Below, one piece after another: positions 60,213 through 64,000 of a stretch of DNA of 64,000 nucleotides. The translations under genes were made by a program, and so were the position numbers. This DNA is from a virus. Location: positions 21,149 to 85,148 of the IMG/VR virus record IMGVR_UViG_3300042885_000570, one strand, 5' to 3'. Below the pieces are notes generated by a model, which was given only the letters and a program-made list of their open reading frames with translations, ran no database searches and was not told where the DNA came from. Position 1 is the stretch's first letter; each line of letters starts with the position of its first letter.

Positions 60213-60249
60213 AAAAAATAAGCCCCAAGATTTTAATCTCAGAGCTTAT
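60213..60249 (-). terminator. Terminator-like hairpin just upstream of the thyA start
   Basis: ATAAGCTCTGAGATT / AATCTTGGGGCTTAT stem plus U-tract. Confidence 0.6.
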
Positions 60250-60324
60250 AATTAAAAAAAAAATCAATCAGATAAAAATACTTAACCGAAAAAGTATAAT
60301 ATGCTAGTCCACAAATATAAACAT

Positions 60325-60591
60325 TTATTCTAATACTTTATAAAATTTTTCAAATATTTTTTCAGACATGATAGAATACTCCCCTTGCCAGTCCCGTATA
60401 ACATAATCCCCCCGGTCAACTCTCAATTCTTTCCCCCCACTATACAACCATAAAGCCCAAAACTTTCTCTGCCTATAATCAAGCATCCCTTCATAATCTT
60501 CCATAGCAGCAATCTCAATAGCCATCTTCTCTGTACCATCATACTGTAATGCTTCTACAGTTCTTGGTTTCTCTGTGTATAGTTTCATCAT
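60325..60591 (-). CDS. Conserved small phage protein (PGDYG-like, ~88 aa)
   Basis: KPRTVEALQYDG...GDYVIR...IFEKFY pattern. Confidence 0.6.
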   Translation of the reverse strand: MMKLYTEKPRTVEALQYDGTEKMAIEIAAMEDYEGMLDYRQRKFWALWLYSGGKELRVDRGDYVIRDWQGEYSIMSEKIFEKFYKVLE

Positions 60592-60613
60592 AATATATTT
60601 AAAATACAAATAT

Positions 60614-60678
60614 AAAACAAAATCCCCAGACTGGCATCTGAGGATCTTCTTACCTAACCGCTTGTCTTATTTATTAAC
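60614..60678 (-). ncRNA. Candidate sRNA copy B
   Basis: TATATTTG at 60683-60690, no ORF, GACAAGCGGTTAGGTAAGAA followed by a terminator. Confidence 0.5.
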
Positions 60679-60682
60679 AAAA

Positions 60683-60690
60683 CAAATATA
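60683..60690 (-). promoter_or_regulatory. Bacteroidota-type -7 promoter element TATATTTG (representative copy)
   Basis: Exact copies also at 22188, 46560, 54776, 57198, 60312 and 60607; TATATT(T/A)N variants at 5875, 10699, 22142, 28648, 34557, 37545, 54748, 58106 and 58187; all near gene boundaries on the minus strand. Confidence 0.65.
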
Positions 60691-60794
60691 TATATAATTA
60701 CTGATACCGGATAGGCTTTCCCGTGATTCTTCCTGAGTGAGATTGATTAACAGAGGGACTACGGTATTCAGGTATGGTGTATGTGTGGCTTAGA

Positions 60795-60850
60795 GGTGGA
60801 CCCTCCATAAAAAACCCCCACCCCCTCAGCCCGGAGGTGGTACCCCCTAT
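60795..60850. other. G/C-tract element at the transcription strand switch
   Basis: Five runs of 3-5 C on the plus strand in an otherwise AT-rich genome. Confidence 0.5.
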
Positions 60851-60905
60851 ACTTGCTTCGCAGCCTTAACCATATCATAACTATCATTAACTAAAATTAA
60901 TTGAT

Positions 60906-61082
60906 ATGAAGTACACATTCCACTACAAATGTATGATATTCTGTACTCTAATACTTGCTGGTGCAAGTGTTGAGTTCATACTTGAACGCATGCCAACACT
61001 GGCTGCTGCGTTCACATGTTTATGTTTCTACTTCTTGATGGGGACCCTTATGGCCCCTGATAATGAGAAGTATGTTAAGTAA
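60906..61082 (+). CDS. 58-aa membrane microprotein with two TM helices
   Basis: Hand-translated MKYTFHYKCMIFCTLILAGASVEFILERMPTLAAAFTCLCFYFLMGTLMAPDNEKYVK; cassette 1. Confidence 0.65.
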   Translation: MKYTFHYKCMIFCTLILAGASVEFILERMPTLAAAFTCLCFYFLMGTLMAPDNEKYVK

Positions 61083-61144
61083 GTAATAAATAACATAGGA
61101 GCCTAATGGCTCTTATGTTTTTTTCTTGTGACCATATTATAACT

Positions 61145-61240
61145 ATTATTGATACACAAGTTTGTATAGTAGGTGAGCACACACCGACCCCCTTGAGGGA
61201 ACCCAAGCATAAGAGGATATAATCCTCTTATTTTTTTTTC
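61145..61240 (+). ncRNA. ORF-less early cassette RNA
   Basis: Lies between motif copy 2 and a terminator; no ATG; short hairpins GGTG/CACC and CCC/GGG. Confidence 0.55.
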
Positions 61241-61281
61241 TTTACCATATTATAACTGTTATTAATTTAAACTTAAAGATT

Positions 61282-61428
61282 ATGTGGTACAATAGAGTAG
61301 TGTTTGATAGTGATGATAACATCATTATCAAAGAAAGAATATTTATAGAAAATTACAAAGGTCCATTGATAGCCTCTTATGGCCTAGATATCCTAGGCCA
61401 TTGGGTTGAAGAATGGTGGGAGAATTAA
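61282..61428 (+). CDS. 48-aa early microprotein
   Basis: Hand-translated MWYNRVVFDSDDNIIIKERIFIENYKGPLIASYGLDILGHWVEEWWEN; cassette 3. Confidence 0.65.
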   Translation: MWYNRVVFDSDDNIIIKERIFIENYKGPLIASYGLDILGHWVEEWWEN

Positions 61429-61489
61429 TTAAGGGGAGTAATCCCCTTTTTTAGTCACCATTTTATAACTATAATTAAAACTTATTATT

Positions 61490-61648
61490 ATGAAAAAAGG
61501 AAATATACTTGTTTTTAAAGACAGAGAAGAGGTTATTATAAAAGCCAAAAACAATAGAACTACAGGTGAGATTATTACTGATAAAAATACATACAGTACT
61601 GATTTTATTAAAAGATGGTTAGAATTTGGCTTTGTTAAGATTAAATAA
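61490..61648 (+). CDS. 52-aa early microprotein
   Basis: Hand-translated MKKGNILVFKDREEVIIKAKNNRTTGEIITDKNTYSTDFIKRWLEFGFVKIK; cassette 4. Confidence 0.7.
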   Translation: MKKGNILVFKDREEVIIKAKNNRTTGEIITDKNTYSTDFIKRWLEFGFVKIK

Positions 61649-61712
61649 GGGGGTATAATACCCCTTTTTTGTCACCATTTTATAACTCCTTATAATATTA
61701 AATCTTATTACT

Positions 61713-61865
61713 ATGACACAAGATGAATACACTCGTATGGAGTCTGAGTTCTACCAAGAACTCTCTGACTTCATATCCAAAGAGCAAGAAGCCTTTGCTC
61801 TTTGGATGTTGAATAACGCGGATATGACTTATCCACGTGAAGATGATGATGATCTCCCTTTCTAA
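61713..61865 (+). CDS. 50-aa acidic microprotein ending DDDDLPF
   Basis: Hand-translated MTQDEYTRMESEFYQELSDFISKEQEAFALWMLNNADMTYPREDDDDLPF; cassette 5. Confidence 0.75.
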   Translation: MTQDEYTRMESEFYQELSDFISKEQEAFALWMLNNADMTYPREDDDDLPF

Positions 61866-61939
61866 AAAGAAAGGAGAGGTCATCTCTCTTTTAGTCTAAC
61901 CATTTTATAACTAATAATAATAACTTAAAAACATACATT

Positions 61940-62257
61940 ATGAAAACAATGATTGAAGGTATCTTAGGATACAATAAGGTAAGAGTTGTGATGACTCAAG
62001 GTTGTGTAATCATACAACCAAAACACAACATATCTTTTGAAAAAACACAAGATGTGCTAGAATCACTTTCACTAAAAATGAAAGTAAGACCTTCATACAC
62101 AGAGGATGTATATGAGAAAGAATATGTGATTTATGCAAAGCATAACTCACAAACAAACTTATATTTTGAACTAATATGTTCAGAATTAAGAACTGAAGAG
62201 GAATATCATCAAGGCAACATTGATGCACTACCTTCATTCTTTGGATATGAAGATTAA
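61940..62257 (+). CDS. Early hypothetical protein (105 aa)
   Basis: Cassette 6; followed by a CACC-TTCG-GGTG terminator. Confidence 0.75.
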   Translation: MKTMIEGILGYNKVRVVMTQGCVIIQPKHNISFEKTQDVLESLSLKMKVRPSYTEDVYEKEYVIYAKHNSQTNLYFELICSELRTEEEYHQGNIDALPSFFGYED

Positions 62258-62308
62258 AGAGATTACACCTTCGGGTGTTTCTCTTTTCTGTTAAACCATT
62301 TTATAACT

Positions 62309-62450
62309 GTCATTGATAGAGTGAACTAATGATCTCTGTCACTATTATGAATACCTCAGAGGCATTCTCCTTATTGCTTTGGAGATGTAAGTACCGTAAA
62401 AGGCTTTAGCAGGCAAGAAGAGAGAACTTAATTGTTCTCTCTTATTTTTT
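62309..62450 (+). ncRNA. Structured early cassette RNA, or a 20-aa micro-ORF at 62347-62409
   Basis: Cassette 7; hairpins GATAGAG/CTCTGTC and GCATTCTCC/GGAGATGT, then a terminator. Confidence 0.4.
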
Positions 62451-62491
62451 AGTCTTAAACCATTTTATAACTGTCATTAAAACTATTTATT

Positions 62492-62749
62492 ATGAAAACT
62501 ATTAAAGACTTAGTAAACTTAAATGATGCACATAGTATACAACTATGTGCTACACCAGACTTCATCCATACTGGTAAAAGAACCATACATAGTGTAATAT
62601 CATCCTTTAAATATGCTATCAGATTAGTCTCTGATACAAAAGATGATTTATTTATCTATACCTATAAGGATGTGGATCTTCAACAGGTTATGAATATGCC
62701 TGTTGATATTGATAGGAGGTATAACCTGTTAGTAACTCAAGATGTATAG
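62492..62749 (+). CDS. Early hypothetical protein (85 aa)
   Basis: Cassette 8. Confidence 0.7.
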   Translation: MKTIKDLVNLNDAHSIQLCATPDFIHTGKRTIHSVISSFKYAIRLVSDTKDDLFIYTYKDVDLQQVMNMPVDIDRRYNLLVTQDV

Positions 62750-62751
62750 GC

Positions 62752-62856
62752 TTGAGTACCACAATAACACAAGACTCTTAGAGAGTTTTGTGTTTCCTTC
62801 TAAGGCATTAGCCCTTTGGAAGAAGAAGCAACTGATGAGTAATGGATATACTCAAG
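62752..62856 (+). ncRNA. Multi-stem structured RNA in a 3' UTR
   Basis: CTTGAGTA / TACTCAAG closing stem enclosing two hairpins; separate terminator at about 62866-62897. Confidence 0.5.
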
Positions 62857-62952
62857 GTGTGTTTAAAATAGTGTGTGTCAAATGATGCACACTATTTCCC
62901 CTTTGGGGACCATTTTATAACTATTAATAATATTAATTAAAACTTAAAGATT

Positions 62953-63147
62953 ATGACTAAAGAAGAAAAACAAATAATAAGAAATCATATTGATAATCTT
63001 AAAATGATTTTAAGTGATGATACAACGTATACAGTAACAGGCACATACGGGCAAGATGATTATGAGGTAAGTCAAGAGTTTAAAAGTTATAACTCAAAAT
63101 ACTTATTAGAAATCAAAAACTATTTGCAAGAGAAATTGGAAGAGTAA
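62953..63147 (+). CDS. Early hypothetical protein (64 aa)
   Basis: Cassette 9. Confidence 0.7.
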   Translation: MTKEEKQIIRNHIDNLKMILSDDTTYTVTGTYGQDDYEVSQEFKSYNSKYLLEIKNYLQEKLEE

Positions 63148-63218
63148 TAATAAGAGAGGGTTTAGGCTCTCTCTTTATTTTACCATTTTATAACTAATAA
63201 TAATTTAAATTAAAGATT

Positions 63219-63584
63219 ATGGAAAAGATAGAAGGAACACTAGTAAAAGGCCTCTTAGGAAAAATTATCCCAAGTTATAGGATAATATATGCTTGTCACC
63301 AAGCAGTAAGGGGATTTGATAATTTTAGCACTGATGCAATTATCTATGCTAAATTAGAATGGAGTAAATACCTAAGAGATACCTATGATGAAAAAAGTAG
63401 GATTAAATATCTTTGGGAAAAATGTTTTGAGTATGATTCACCAAATATTAGAATACCCATCATTGATGTAGATATTGATGAAATATATGGTATTGAAATA
63501 CTTGTTACTGAACATCCAAAAAAGGTAATGCCACATCCAGTAGAGGAAGTAGCAAAAAAGGGAGATGATGGTTTACCTTTTTAA
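63219..63584 (+). CDS. Early hypothetical protein ending GDDGLPF (121 aa)
   Basis: Cassette 10. Confidence 0.75.
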   Translation: MEKIEGTLVKGLLGKIIPSYRIIYACHQAVRGFDNFSTDAIIYAKLEWSKYLRDTYDEKSRIKYLWEKCFEYDSPNIRIPIIDVDIDEIYGIEILVTEHPKKVMPHPVEEVAKKGDDGLPF

Positions 63585-63651
63585 CAATAAGAGAGGGCTT
63601 AGGCTCTCTCTCTTTTAAACCATTTTTTAACTATTATTAAACTTAAAAATT

Positions 63652-63852
63652 ATGGACTATTTAAAACAAAACATTGAAAAGTATTATGCAAATGAAATTA
63701 CAATTGAAGAACTTAAGAAAGCATTACACTTTTTTATAGATGATGTAGTAATTCCTGATGCTATATATACTAAAAAACAAATGGATAATGATAAGCATAT
63801 GAGAACTGCATTATCAAATATGTTAGACGCATATGAAGATCAAGAATTTTAA
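63652..63852 (+). CDS. Early hypothetical protein (66 aa)
   Basis: Cassette 11. Confidence 0.7.
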   Translation: MDYLKQNIEKYYANEITIEELKKALHFFIDDVVIPDAIYTKKQMDNDKHMRTALSNMLDAYEDQEF

Positions 63853-63920
63853 GATAGGGGGCTAGTATCCCCCTTTTTATTAAACCATTTTTTAACTGAT
63901 AATAATTAAAACTATTTATT

Positions 63921-64000
63921 ATGAAAGATTTTATTCACACAGGTTGGTATGGACCTACATTAACTACCACTGAAGATCCTGACTTAAAGGTAATAGAAAG
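63921..64000 (+). CDS. Early protein, truncated by the window edge
   Basis: MKDFIHTGWYGPTLTTTEDPDLKVIE...; cassette 12. Confidence 0.6.
   Translation, partial: MKDFIHTGWYGPTLTTTEDPDLKVIE

Larger units (their letters stand above)
60869..63897 (+). repeat. 12 dispersed copies of ACCATWTYWTAACT, putative phage early promoter
   Basis: Starts at 60869, 61131, 61244, 61457, 61674, 61899, 62295, 62459, 62909, 63182, 63619 and 63884; copies 2-12 lie just after a terminator hairpin. Confidence 0.85.

Noticed and set aside
61380-61400. Inverted repeat TGGCCTAG-ATATC-CTAGGCCA inside the 48-aa ORF
   Set aside because: Single occurrence with no U-tract or second copy; cannot be separated from chance
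15203-62237. Nested or antisense minus-strand ORFs (15203, 25014, 33743, 35775, 37846, 59750, 61698, 62010)
   Set aside because: Out-of-frame overlaps of better-supported genes; 61698 and 62010 are antisense to cassette genes
62830-62860. Hammerhead ribozyme suggested by CTGATGAG
   Set aside because: No GAAA core after the GAGT/ACTC stem and no matching stems I/III; kept only as an unclassified structured RNA
60869-63897. CRISPR array or integron interpretation of the 12 repeats
   Set aside because: Repeats are only 14 bp, spacing varies from about 110 to 450 nt and mostly contains ORFs with terminators; no cas gene, integrase or attC-like GTTRRRY inverted cores seen
1-64000. Stop-codon reassignment as in some gut crAss-like phages
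   Set aside because: Long genes are intact in code 11, TAG ends the portal gene and TGA ends several genes; no suppressor or other tRNA recognised
62492-64000. DFIHTG hexapeptide shared by the 85-aa protein and the truncated last ORF
   Set aside because: No similarity beyond six residues in the visible part; the rest of the gene is outside the window

Overview
AT-rich, genetic-code-11 segment of a crAss-like (Crassvirales-type) podophage genome, probably infecting a Bacteroidota host. The host inference rests on TATATTTG (TAnnTTTG) promoter elements and AT-rich start contexts without Shine-Dalgarno sequences. Positions 1-60.7 kb are almost all transcribed on the minus strand. Read right to left they carry thyA, groES and DUF3310 genes, a tail-fibre cluster, a lysis cluster, DNA-binding and nuclease genes, the head module (putative TerS, HNH, TerL, portal, scaffold-like, major capsid), a block of very basic proteins, ring/hub proteins, Cys-rich fibre-base proteins, an IHF-like gene, two ring proteins, the 1740-aa tail stabilisation (muzzle) protein and several large ejection (cargo) proteins, the last cut off at the left edge. 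A G/C-rich strand-switch element lies at about 60.7-60.87 kb. After it the plus strand is an array of 12 cassettes, each built as ACCATWTYWTAACT motif, one small gene or RNA, then a terminator hairpin (the last is cut off by the edge). Main leads: (1) a recurrent x-x-x-G-G motif that cuts the cargo and basic proteins into modules, one of which looks like an outer-membrane beta-barrel, suggesting a di-glycine-processed polyprotein cargo system; (2) the early cassette array, which includes ORF-less RNA cassettes and two SSB C-terminal-tail mimics; (3) several candidate small RNAs, including one hairpin whose loop is complementary to the start regions of four late genes. All assignments come from reading motifs by eye; no database searches were run.
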